Positions 1 to 12,960 of a stretch of 64,000 nt of DNA are shown here, piece after piece (within the stretch, counting starts at the first letter, position 1; each line of letters starts with the position of its first letter). The notes below the pieces were generated by a model. The model did no database searches, was not told the DNA's origin, and was given only the letters and a program-made list of their open reading frames with translations. This DNA is from the human T2T-CHM13v2.0 reference genome, Homo sapiens: NCBI RefSeq assembly GCF_009914755.1, contig NC_060925.1. The stretch is one strand, 5' to 3'. The position numbers and the translations under genes are program-made.

Positions 1-439
1 ATCCACTCTTGTTTATCTCTGTATAAAGCCCAACCAAACTCTTCAGTTTAGCATACAAGGCCCCTCACCCACTTCGTCCCTGCACTTCAAATTCCTCAAT
101 AGTGAACCTCTCCCCCTTTCCTTGACATGCCATGCTCATGGCAGGATGCCTTGGCTCTGCTTCGTTGACCCTACCCATTTATCTCATCATTTAGATCCCG
201 AGGCCTTTCTCCCCATCATGCTTTGGCCCTTGAGGGCAGTGGGAGCCCCGTGTTGGTGCTTGGCAGACAGCGTGCCAGGAGCGCTGCCGCCTTTCCATGT
301 CTCTCTTAGTCATGTCACCTCTTGTGCATTTCCTCTCCATTTGTCAGCCTGGCTTGCTGGGTCTCACACATTCACTGCATTTTCTCACGGATAATCTAAG
401 AAACAAAAACTGCTCAGTAGTCTACCTAATTCACAATGC

Positions 440-900
440 ATCTTGCTGGTAGAATAATCAAAATGAAATTTAAAAAAGTGAGAGTGGCGAAAAGTATACT
501 TGATAAAATATTGTTTTTTAACCAAAAGATGTGTAAAATAATAAGATTCTAGACTATATTGATTGATATAAAATTTGACCCAGGAAAGTCAAAGTTGGTA
601 GAATTAAAGGCCTATGTACATCTATCACCATGAAAAAAGCTTTATTCAGTACAATTTGGTGTGAACAAAACAAACAGATCAACCAGTGAAACTGGTACTA
701 TACAATGCCAAAGGAAGAAAAGAATAGATGGCAAAAATAATTCTGATAACATAAAAGTGAAAGTCAAAAAAATAGGAAACTATTGAATTGCCTTGCATTA
801 GAAAATTGATGAAGGAAATAAATTGGCTCAACAGAGTTTATGCTGGAAAATATTTTCTTAACAGGAAAATATCCCCAGGATGAAGATGATGGGTTTGTAA
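440..900 (+). mobile_element. Highly degraded ancient L1M ORF2 fragment
   Basis: A-rich; segments such as gtcaaagttggtagaatt...aaaagct...aaacagatcaaccagtgaaac resemble the L1 ORF2 3' region. Boundaries approximate. Confidence 0.4.
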
Positions 901-1126
901 CACCCACTGTGTTCTTCTATTTCTCTGCATTTTTGTTCAAGGCCATCCTTTTGTCTAGAAGATGCTCTTCTGACTTGGCCTCCTCCCAACTTCTACTCAC
1001 CCCTTGGTGAACTCGTGTCATCTCCTCTATGAAGACTTCCCTGCAACCCAAGGCACCTTCTCTGTACCTTCTTTGCACTCCCACTATCCCTTGCACATCT
1101 TTTATGTGGCTTGACTGTGTTGTATT

Positions 1127-1284
1127 TTTTGTTTTTTTCGAGATACAACTTCCCTCTGTGGCCCAGGCTGGAGTGCAGTGGTGTGATCATAGCTCACTGC
1201 AACCTCACACTTGTGGGCTAAAGTGATCCTCCTGCCTCGGCCTCTAAAGTACTGGGATCACAGATGTGAGCCGCTGGGCCTGGC
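1127..1284 (-). mobile_element. Alu monomer (FRAM/FAM-like or arm-recombined AluJ)
   Basis: ~145-bp monomer with a poly-T tail on +; TSD tgactgtgttgtatt (1112-1126) / tgattgtgttgtatt (1285-1299). Confidence 0.9.
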
Positions 1285-1629
1285 TGATTGTGTTGTATTA
1301 AACAGGCATCTGTCTATGGGCTTGAACTCTTCCATGTATCTTGATGTATTTGGTTTTTGATCACCAGTATCCAGCAGATTTTTTGGTTCAATACACATTT
1401 GTTCAATATGAGTAAGTTTTGTAAGAGGGGAGAAGAGGAGATGCACAAAGGTGACTAAGATATAGCTCCTGTCCTCAAGAAGTGCGTTCTCTGGCAAGCA
1501 GATGGCCAAGGGAAGTTTTAAAAATGGCCACAGTGGGAGGCCATGAGAGGCCCTGTGCCCAGGGACAGTGAGCTCAGAGCTGGCTGAGGGAATCTAGGAT
1601 TTCTTTCTTAAAAAATACAGTGGGAAGTT

Positions 1630-1929
1630 GGCCAGATGCAGTGGCTTATGCCTGTAATCCCAGCACTTTGGGAGGCTGAGGTAGGAAGATCACTTGAGGC
1701 CAAGCATTTGAGACCAGTCCGGGCAACATAGAGAGACCCCCAACATCTATGTGAGCATGGTGGTGTGTGTCTGAAGGCTTAACTATTTGGGGTCCTGGCA
1801 GGTTGAGTCTGCAGTGAGCCATGATCATCACTGAACTCCAGTCTGGGCAACAGAGCAAGACCCTGTCTCAAAAAAAAAAAAAAAAAAAAAAAAAAGAAAA
1901 AGAAAAAGAAAAAAAGAAAAGAAAAAAAA
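1630..1929 (+). mobile_element. AluJ with internal deletions
   Basis: ggccagatgcagtggct...gaccctgtctc followed by A26 and an A/G tail; central A-linker missing. Confidence 0.9.
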
Positions 1930-2057
1930 GGTTTCTCCCTTGCATGATAACTTTTAAAAAATGAAAAATTTAGACAAAATAGAAAATCACTCATATTTCT
2001 ATCACATAATGTAACTATTTTTTTAAACTTCTTTCTCTGTAAGTTTTGGGGATTGAA

Positions 2058-2248
2058 AAAAACTTTTTATTTTGAAATGATTATAAATTCACAGAAAGCT
2101 GCAAGAACAGTACAGAGATGTCCTGTGTACCCTTCACTCAATTTTCCCCAATGGGGACATCTTACATGTGTATAATACAGCCTCAAAGCCAGGGAAGTGA
2201 CATTGGTCCAATCCCCAGATCTTATTCAGATTCCACCAGTTTTACATG
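2058..2248 (-). mobile_element. L1MC-type 3' end fragment
   Basis: ttttattttgaaat...acagaaagctgcaagaacagtacagag...tacccttcactcaattttcccc is typical of the antisense L1MC 3' UTR. Confidence 0.7.
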
Positions 2249-2734
2249 GTAGAGCTTTTTGCTAACAGAGTTATAATGGGCTTATATGTGTGGTCCATAT
2301 CTTATTTCTTGAATTAACTTTATCTCATGCAGCTTTTTAAACATTATTGCATAAATCATTTATAAGGTCTACATAATGAACATTCACCCACCTCAAGTAG
2401 CAGTTGGCTAAGTTTGTCCCCCGCTTCTGATGTTTCCATTACTTCCAGTTACACTGTTAGGAACAATGCTTCTGTATTTTATATTCTTCTTATATACATC
2501 TATGTTTTATATTCTTAGAATAAATTATCTAAAGAAGAAAGGAAGGAGATACAGGATGATAAATGCTTAAGGGGGCTATGTAATACTTTTTTCTTAAGAT
2601 AGGAAAGAATTAAACATACATTGGTTTTGGGTCTGACCAAGTACAGAGGGAGCAGTGGAAGATACAGGGGAGAGGTCTTCTGACTGGAAAACACATAGGA
2701 GGGGATGGGGACACGGGAGGCTGAGAGCATTCAT

Positions 2735-3199
2735 GTCCTCAATTTTTTACCCTTCCCTGTCTGCAAGCCGTTTGCCATGTAACTTTGGAGTTCTTCCCAT
2801 AAAAGCACAGTATTTATTTCCCTACTCTGCAGGGCTTGCTTTGGCATGCAGAATGAAGCAAAGGGTCAGTGTGCCAGTTCTGAGCCTAGGCCTCAAGGGG
2901 CATTGAGCGTTTCCAGGGCTCTCTCTTGAGCCTCTGTCATAGATATGAAAATGCACCCGAGCCAGCCTGTTGGAGGTGAGAGACCAGGGAGCAGTGCGCG
3001 ATCTCCCCAGCTGCCTCTGCCAAGGGTGGCCTAGATCAGCCAACAGCCCGCAGCCCCTCACACGTGATGTGTCCAGCCCAAATCAGCAAAGCTGCCTGAC
3101 TGACCCGAAGCACAGAAGTGGTAAAGTTTATTATTGTATGTCATTGAGGTACAGATGACTTTTCACCTGGGAACTTTGCAGCAGAAGCTGACTGATACA
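2735..3199 (+). mobile_element. MLT1 (ERVL-MaLR) solo LTR
   Basis: gtgtgccagttctgagcctaggcctcaag motif and terminal gctgactgataca. Confidence 0.7.
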
Positions 3200-3388
3200 T
3201 GGTGCTCAGGATAGAGGTAGAGGGAAAGAAGGAAAAGAGGTTTCAGATCTAGGTAAGTCCAGGCATTACAGAAAGAGCTGCTTTTCTGTGGATGTGGTCG
3301 TGTTCTTTGCAAAGACTATTTCTTTTCTGCCTCTGATGGTGGGTGGGCAGAGGATGACCATGCATCTTAAATGAGCCACTTAAACTGA

Positions 3389-3696
<308 letters not shown>

Positions 3697-3805
3697 AGGA
3701 ATTAAACTCTTAAAGTTTTCTGTCTCAGCTACCAGGGCCAAGATGTAAGAAAAGGGAAGTTAGACTTTTGTTTAAAGAAAGCATGAGACAGGCCACCCTA
3801 CGAAC

Positions 3806-3870
3806 CAGGGCTGCCATAGACAGTGATGCAGGCTGTGCCCTGCACAAGGGCTCCTGGCCAAGGGCAGTGT
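3806..3870 (+). mobile_element. MER91-like hAT fragment
   Basis: cagggctgccata...gcaggctgtgccctgcacaagggc matches the recalled MER91 5' end. Confidence 0.5.
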
Positions 3871-4407
3871 GAGATGCATTCAGTGCAATGAAGCATGGAT
3901 AGGAAGAACATGTCTGCATCAAAGTGCAACTTATACTCTGTGTACCAAAAAGAGTTTCACTGATAAGAATGAGGGGAAAATAGCACCTACAATTAGATAC
4001 AGAATTTCCTCAGTATCAAAAAGCTAAGTTGTTTCTTTTCTGAAGCCCTTGATATACAATAAAAATAAATCTTATGCCCCACAGATAACGCTGGTTTAGT
4101 TTCGGTATCTTGGTGCCACCAGGAGCTGCGTGCTCTTTTTGAAATGATGAGAGTAGGTAAAAAGTAAGGAGTCTCTCCTGTTTCTCTTTATAGGATGGTT
4201 TTCCTGCTCTGTTAAGTGGCGCTCATCCTTCAGCTCCACACTCAAGGGGCAAGGACTCCTGTGGTTAAATATTCTGAGATCAATGCCACAGAGGGAAGCC
4301 ACTCAAAGGGAAAGTCTTGGGCCTTTGGGTGTGGGGCAGGACTTTCTCGAGTTCCCGTGAGTCAGAGAGTCTCAGGAAGGGAAGGATCAGCAGAGTCATT
4401 CGGACCA

Positions 4408-4510
4408 CCCTTTCATTTAACAAATGAGGAAAAAGAAGCCAGAGGGGGAAGGGACTGGCCCAGGGTCACGTAGCTCATAAACGACACAGCGGCAATGAAA
4501 ACCCAGAGAC
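4408..4510 (-). mobile_element. MIR fragment
   Basis: tttaacaaatgaggaaaaagaagcc...gcccagggtcacgtagct core. Confidence 0.65.
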
Positions 4511-6464
4511 TTTCACTTCTCTCCCTTCATTCTTTTTCTTCCATTCTCATCAAACCCGAAGAACAGGAATGGATGGTTGTTATAATACTGGTCCAGGAGG
4601 AGAGGCTTTAAATCAGAGTCCAAGGCAAAGTCCCTTTCAGAAAGCTCTGCTGGCCTGAGAGCCTTCCTCAATGCTTTGCCCACACGGCGCTGCACGATGC
4701 TGCCACGGCACCTCATGCCTCAGTGTGCTCTGGTTATATCTCAGGTCCCCCTGACCAGGAGAAATCTCCTGGAACAGTCAGAGACAGGTCACACCTCAGG
4801 CCGAACGCCCTGGGCCCAGGGTTAGGATTCACAGAATTGCGTGCTGAAACCTCCCAACAGTGGTTGAACTCTGGGTTCTGACACATGAGTGGATCAGGAC
4901 CAACTGGGTCTAGATTTCTAAAATGCCTTCTGAAATGCTGCTTTTCCAGCAGTGGCAGAGAGCAGGGTGAGCAGTGAGGAGAATATAGGGAGGGGAAGAC
5001 TGTGCTCTCAGACACCAGGACAGCCAGCCCAAATACACACCAGAGCCTGGGCCCAGTGGGTTCTAGTCCTGCCCTGTGTAACTTGCTGTGCAGCTTTGGG
5101 CAGATCCCCTCCCCTATCTGGTCCATGGCCTCCCAATCTGTGACATGAAGGCGTGGACCGGATGGTCACTGAGGCCCCTCCCAGCTTGGCCATATGTCCA
5201 GCCTTGAACCACGTGTAGACTCAAAGCAATTAGCCAAGAAGAGGAGTCTCCAGACAATTCCTCTTGCTCCACCCTGCCTCTGTGTCTGGTTCCTCTCCTG
5301 GCAGTTTCTATTTTCTGCTCTGTCTGGACAGAAGGGCTTGCTTGGCTCTGTCTGTCTTCCAGCCTTCCCTAGGAAATTGTCTTTGCTTGGAGCACAATGA
5401 CGCACAGGGGTGCCCCCTGCCGCTCAGCTCTGTGCCATGGGCTTCCAAGGGCTACAGAACAATGGGGTGGAGGGGGAGCCTTTGGGTCAAAGTCTTGGGC
5501 AGCTGCCAGGCAGAAGGGAAGTGCAGAGGCTGGCCCTGGTGCAGGGTCACAGAGATCTCCCTTCTCTCTCTGCACTGTCTCCTTGGCCTGAGTAAGCAGA
5601 AGGTCCTGGATGCTGCAGCCACAGAGGCGGGAGGCAGAACAGCAGAGACCTGAGAAGGATAGGAGTGACTCTTCAAGAATGAGGTCTGGAGACCAGAGCA
5701 GGAAGCCCTCAGAATAGAGAGAACATGGGCAAGGTGGTCAGCAGGCTGGTGGGCAGCCCCGCTCAGATCCCTCCCCTAGAGCAGAATGGTTACAAAACCT
5801 GGGTATGGGGGCCTATTCTGGAGTGGCCTGGCCCAAACAGCAAATTGTTGTGAACCCCCATATTTTAACTTAAAAATCCAGTGCCTGTCACATGATGGAC
5901 GCTCAGTAAATGTTTACTGAATTAATGTGAATCCTGCATTCTACTGCATCATCTGTATAATTCCTGATTTTCGGGCTCTTGAGGGCTTCTCGTACCCCTA
6001 GCTCACTGCCTTGTACCCTCTGAGAAGCAGGGCTGGGATGGAGAGAGTTCTGCGTGTGTTGTCGGGCACCCTGAGCCATCGCTGGGCCAAGCCATTGCAC
6101 CTGCCAGGGCCCTGGTTTTCCCATCTGTGAGACAGGATAGAGAGGCAGGACCGCAGGCCTCAGCCAGCTCGGGAATGGCAACTGCTGGCACTCCAGTGTG
6201 CATCAGTATGTCTGAGATAGCCGGCGAACGGAGCACTGGGGCAATGTTTGAAGGGCAACTGAGCCTCACTAGGGTGAAGCTTGTGCCAAAGCAGCAGGAA
6301 AGCGTGTTCCATACTCTGTGCCACCTCTGATTGCGTCTTGAATATTCCATGCTTTTATGTTTCTGGGTATGACCAGAAGCTTGGAAAAAGTTCCTTGCAT
6401 TGTGACCCACATGTATATCTGTGTTAAAAAAAAATGCTGAAGTCTGCATCATGCTTTTCAGATT

Positions 6465-6820
6465 TGTTAATTCATTTGATTATTCATTCGTTTATTCATT
6501 CATTCCAAAAACATTCATTGAACACCACAATGTGGCAGATGGTAGGGTCCCTCATTGGGAGGAGACACTCAGTGAAATAAACAGACAATTACACTGCAAT
6601 GCACGAAGTGCTATAATGATGGCATGAACAAAGTGTTTAGGATGGTTTGCAATGGCACTCACCTTTTCCTCTGGAGCACAGAGTGTGTCCATGTGCTCAT
6701 CACCATCACTCTCTGAAGAGGGGACAGTGTCTATGGAGGAGGACCCTGAGGCTCAGAGAGGTTAAGTGACTCACACAAGATCACACAGTCCTTATCTTCC
6801 GATGCTAAACCCAGTGCTCA
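6465..6820 (-). mobile_element. L2 3' fragment (6465-6630) and MIR fragment (6735-6820)
   Basis: ttcattcattcc..attgaacacc L2 tail; gaggctcagagaggttaagtgactc..caagatcacacag MIR core. Confidence 0.65.
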
Positions 6821-7554
6821 AGGGATTACTTTGTATGTTACCCCACAGCTATGGATATAATGTTATGACTCACCTCCTTTTGGGGTTCTTTTAGTGAATC
6901 ACTGTTGCTTTATTAAGTCTCTTTTGTCCTGCTAAAAAAAAAAAATTGTGAAACTATCTGCTTGACCACTTTCTTTATAAAACTGGTCGGTCTGATGGGC
7001 TTGTGTTAACCTTTAAGAAAATGAAAATATTTTAAGATTTTCTTTTTTGGCCCTATCTTGGGCTGGACAGTCATTCCCATCTCTTCCCTCCACAGACAGC
7101 CATGGTCTTTAGACCATCCAGGAGAAACCTCCCTAGGTTTGTGAGCTGTTGGGATCATTGTTACCACTGTGGGTCCCTTTTCAGCCTCCTATGTATCAAA
7201 CTGACTTTGCTTTCCTTTCAACCTTCCAGAAATTAGACCCACAAAACATAGAGATGGGTCACATAAGTCAAAACGGAGGCAGAGGCTGGTGAAACCCTTT
7301 ACCCTCTGACAACAGTGTTCTTCAGGATTCTTGAGAACAGGTGAACACATTTGAATTGAGCCCTGACTTTGCTCTGTGACTCTGTCCCTGTCCTTGAACC
7401 TCTCTGAGCTTCCATGAGCTCATCTGGCATACAGATATATCAACAGTCACACAGATCACAAAAAGATGCCAGGGTTTACAAAGCAATTCGTAAAAAGTGA
7501 CCTCCTTGATGAATGGAGGGTGCCCAGCAGGCTTCTTTAGGGTGTGTGAGCAAG

Positions 7555-7745
7555 GCAGCATGAATATTGGAAAGAGTCTGGACTTTGAAGTGAGAAGATC
7601 CAACTTCAGACTCTGACGCTGCCTTTTACGAGCTATGTGACTTTGAGCAAGTTTCCAACAGCCCTAAGACTCAGCAGCATAACTAGGATGATGATGGCAC
7701 CTTCCCCATCCACCTTACCCCCAAGTTGTTAAGAGAATGAAAGCA
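7555..7745 (+). mobile_element. MIR
   Basis: ctggactttgaagt...agctatgtgactttgagcaagtt. Confidence 0.6.
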
Positions 7746-9699
7746 GCTGAAGCCCTGCTAACCAGGCAATCTGGGCTGCATGCTGGTCAGTGCCAGGACC
7801 AGGGTTGAGTTTCTCCTTCAGCAACCGCAGTCCTCCCAGAGGATGGGAGTCTTGTGTGCTTCAGACAATAAGATCCTGCCAAGACAAGAAAAGGAAGCTG
7901 ACAATTTCTCACTTCTTTCAGCTGTCTCTCGAGCTCCCTCCACAGGCCCACATCACCCCACTAGCCTTCTACACTCCCAAAACACTTTTCAGAAGGGCTT
8001 GTCTCCCTTCCTTCTGGCACAGCACCAATGCTCTGTCTAGTCTGGAGGTGGACTTGCTGCTTCACACTCTAGAAAATGCGGGGCTGTTGAGTGACAGTGG
8101 CACCCACCACGGGAGTCCCACTTTTTTACCCTACAAAGCTTATCTGGGCGGATGCCAGGTTCCTAGGTTTGGGTTCCCTCCACTATGAGGGGCTCAGCCC
8201 ACTTGGAGTCAAAAGGAAACAGCCCAGCTACCGACTTGCATAGGAGACCCTCTGGGAAGGTTTGCTGGTGGAAAGACCACTCTGGCTGCTCCTCGAGTGT
8301 TGCCGGGGTGTACTCTGCTCTGCCTGCAGGCCTCCCCAGCCCAGGAGGACCCATTCCACCTGTTGGAGATTTGCTGGCTACCTCCAGGTGGCCAACGAGG
8401 GTGTGGCAACTTCACAAATAAGGAAAACCAGGATAAGAGGCAATGTTTGCCTCTGTGAAACAAGTTTGCGATAGTTTTGTGATAATTCTGATTAGGCTGT
8501 TCCAAAACCATTGTTTTGCCAACAGCAGCTCTCCTCCATTTTTTTCTTTCTTTCTTTTTTTCTTTTTAGAAATCAAAGGCCATGACTGTTCACCTTTCCT
8601 TTGAAGTATTATGTCTATTTGCTTATTTGATTCAGATAGGTTGAGAACCATATGGCTCTCCTTTTTAAGTAAAATTTTCCTTCTTTAAGCCACCGATCCA
8701 TAGGAAACAAACATCTGTGGAATAAAACAAAGTACACCATACAATGAATATTGACTAAATAGAAAATAGGCATTCATATTTGAAGGCAAGATACATAAGT
8801 TATATCAGTAATCATTGACCATAAGCTGACTGTCAACATAACCTGAGGTGGTAAATGCTCCACCAGTGCTCAGGTTGTCTCTAGAAATTCCATCAGGTCT
8901 TCTAGGAGGATGGCATTTTCTGTGTGGTATAACCATTCTTAAAAATATTTAACATAAGTACCCACATAATGTTTTTCTGACATATATTGCAAAAATAATT
9001 TTGGGAGAAAATCCATAAGCATGTCACATAATATTATACAGAATACAGTTGAGAAAAGTTGCCTACAAGAGCAAAAGCAAAGGCAGATTTTGTGGGTTCC
9101 AGGTACCAGGGTACACATCTAGCCCAGCTTAGGACAGTGGAAGACAGTCAGAAATGTCCAGACCCCTGCCAAATTATTGAAGACTTGAGCTCTGAGGGTC
9201 TGCAAACCTGTGGAAGATGTCCCCTTCCACTGGAGGGAATGACAAGGCCAGAGCAATCAGTTCAAGCAGCTCCCCACACCTCGGGTTTCTGCCTATAATT
9301 CAAACCACAGGAGAGACACAGCTTCACTTGTTCTCTTTCCTCACTTTTGTTCTCATCTGAGAGGGCACTGAAACCCTCAGCCTTCCTTCAGTCAGTCCGG
9401 TACACAGCTGGACCTGACTCAAAAGGCTATCAGTCTGTCTCACACTCCAACACCAAGGATAGCCACTGATTGAATACTTCAGTGACAAAGAACTCAGTGT
9501 TCTGGGCAACCATCTATTTTATTTTCACATCACTCAAAATAGTTGGTCCTTATATTGAGCTAAAATTGGCCTCCCTGAAATTTTAGCCGTTGGTTCCAAT
9601 TTCTTGCTGGGAAGCTATGCAGAATACAGTGTATGCCTTCTTTCACATGACTGCCCTTACAAATGGATGAGGATAGGTCTCAGGCCAAAGCATCCAGTT

Positions 9700-9895
9700 C
9701 CTTCAACTTAGGGAAGAGTGTTTATTAGTGATCTGGGGGATTTGGGCCCCACTCCAGAATCCTATTAAAACTGTGGATCATCTCCCCAGAAAGATGCACA
9801 CACATCTGCATACACCCCCATTTGCAAACATCCTTCCCCTTCTGAGCCCACCCATGGATCTCTTTAAATGCCAGTGGACCCTCGGTAGGCACTTT
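9700..9895 (+). mobile_element. hAT-Charlie MITE remnant (MER103-like)
   Basis: gaatcctattaaaactgtggatcatctccccagaaagatgcac...catggatc resembles the recalled consensus. Confidence 0.45.
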
Positions 9896-10477
9896 GCATT
9901 GGAACTCTAAAACCAGATGCCGGAGGTGGAAGGGAACTTAACGGCCCAATCTCCTCACTTCAGAGATAAGGACTCCGTCTGTAGGCACTTTGCTCCTGGC
10001 TTGCTGGCCCCAGCATCAGGCCTTGGCTGCAATCGAATGGTAGTAGAGCCTTCAGTAGTGCAGGGTAACAAAAGAAGTATGAGAGCTGTTTTGGTGTTTC
10101 CTCCCCAAGTGGGGAGATCAATTAGTGCAACAACTCTGGCCTGTCTCCATCTCATTACTTGGGGCTTCCCCAGGGAAGGGAGTGACTGAACTTGCTTGCT
10201 GAATCTGGGCAGAACAAATCTGGTTTGCTTAGCTGCTTTCTACCTGTCTCCTTGGGAGTGAGTTTCCCCCTAACCCCTACAGGCCATGCGACTCCCCTCT
10301 TTCTCTTCATTCCTAAGTCTTACCTAGGCGGGACCCTCTGACTGAGATTTGTCCATAAAAATGCTGATCCTCTAGCTCCCATCAGCTGCTCCTTGGCTTT
10401 CCTTCTCAGTGTTTCCTGAACTCAATCAGAAGAGAGGTGCTCTCCCCATCAGTCTCCTCTTAGAAATGTGGAATTGT

Positions 10478-11152
<675 letters not shown>

Positions 11153-11228
11153 AGAAATATTTTTTGCTTAACAATATACTGTGAATCTTCTCCATGTCAT
11201 TAAATATTCTGGATTTTGGAGGAGATTC

Positions 11229-11385
11229 TAGAGGCAGAGAGGGAGAGAAAGAGATAGAGAGACACAGAGACACAGGAGACAGAGAGAAAAAGGAAGGATG
11301 TGAAGGAAGAAAGAGGAGGAGGAAGGACCGCAAAAGAAGAAAGATAGAGAGACAGACAGAAGTGAGGGTGAGAGAGAGGGAAGAA
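11229..11385. repeat. GA-rich low-complexity tract
   Basis: Purine-rich AG/AAG/GGA repeats. Confidence 0.8.
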
Positions 11386-12037
11386 TCTGCAGTCTGAGGG
11401 GAAGCTGAATCATAAATAGGAGGGGTGGGGAGGCAAGGATCAGAACAGGAGATGGGCTTTGGCCACTGGGTAGCTCAGGGATCTTTTGCTGCCCCTTCCA
11501 CACACTGACAATTACCACACTTGCTGCATTCCCCAAGGGCCATCTTGAGGGGTTGCTCAGTCTCTGATAAGCCCAGAGGTGATGTGACTCCCTGGGGAGC
11601 AGCATGCATGGATGGCAAGTTGGCAGGGAAGTCAGATGCAGGCCAGCACTCCAGTGTCTCTCATGTGACACAGCTTCTTGACCCTCTAGTGTCCTGGTTA
11701 TCCTCCAGGGATGACAACTATTTTGGCAGTGACCTCATAGAGTGTGATTTTTATCTTTAAGCGTCCATAGATTTCTCAACTTAATCTTTGTCATTTTTGT
11801 TTTACAAAAGTATTCTGCAAGTTACCCTGGCACCACTTCTTCTTGAGACGGCTCCCCTATCCCAGGCCTTGTAACCCCAGCCTGGGGTGACTCTCTTCTT
11901 TGCTCTGTAGCACCCAGCCCCTCCTCTGTCACAGTTCTTATCACACTGCATTGAAATGATCTGAAAGCTCATTGCTGGCAGGGAGCTGGCATTATTCATC
12001 TCTGTTGCCCTGGAGCCCAGCTGGCAAATGATCTGAT

Positions 12038-12259
12038 CAGGTGATTCTCAAACTGGGCCTAGCAGAGTCCCTGCACTTCCAAGGAGGTGGTATGTAAGGC
12101 GCCCCGGCAAGGGGAGGTGGTTTGGGGCACTGTTGGGGGGACCCCACGTCCCTAACCAGAGCACCTGTGCTTTTTCTGGTTATGTATTGAATTTCCAAGT
12201 GAGTTTTCACTTTAAAAAGAGTTTTCTTTTCTTTAAAACAAAAGTTTCAAGAATCACTA
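12038..12259. mobile_element. hAT-Charlie non-autonomous element
   Basis: Imperfect terminal inverted repeats (TIRs) caggtgattctcaaac / gtttcaagaatcacta; flanks atctgat / atctagt resemble the Charlie target site. Confidence 0.55.
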
Positions 12260-12754
12260 ATCTAGTCTGTTTCCTTGGGTCATATGTATTGTATACATTC
12301 ATGGGAAGTGCAGAGGAAAGTTTAATATCTGAGCACTAACCTGCTTTCTTCTTCCTTCTCTAGTCCCATTTTAGGGTTAACATTCCCACCTCCAACCCTC
12401 CCCTCTCATGGGGAAAAGTATTAGAAGAGGATTGAATACCGGTTGTAGAATGAAAATGCTGGTCCTCTGAAGAATTACATCAGTGACAAGAGGGGGATGT
12501 TTCTAAGGAACAGGGAATCCTTATGGCCAAATTACTTTACCTTTATTCTCTCAAGTCAAAACCAAACTGATGAGTATGTGTAAGTGCTATAGGTGACACC
12601 AGGGTGCACACTATATCGCCTGTCCTGGTACCTTTCAGTTAACTTGGGAAGGTAAGACTTACTACTTGAACAACCAGGATTGTAAATGTTTGTGAGGCAG
12701 GCTACAGCTGCAAAATTTCCCTGTACACTGTGCAAGTAAAAACAGAACTGCGTG

Positions 12755-12960
12755 GTGGAAAGAATAACTCTGAGTCCCAATGCCTGGATTCTGGTCTCTG
12801 GGTCCAATTTACAACTGTGTGTTCTCAAATACGTTATTAACCCCTGAGTCTCAGATTCATTCCCAAACAGTTATTTATTCTGATTATCAAATAAGATAGT
12901 ATATGTGAACTGAACATCTTTTATAAACTATAAAGACTGGTTAGAAATGATTATTATTGG
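12755..12960 (+). mobile_element. MIR (degraded)
   Basis: actctgagtc...gcctggattc...tcaaataagatagtatatgtgaa. Confidence 0.5.

Noticed and set aside
4734-6452. Dense overlapping ORFs of 60-149 aa in GC-richer unique DNA
   Set aside because: No recognisable domain, both strands open, no splice structure; expected by chance at this GC content
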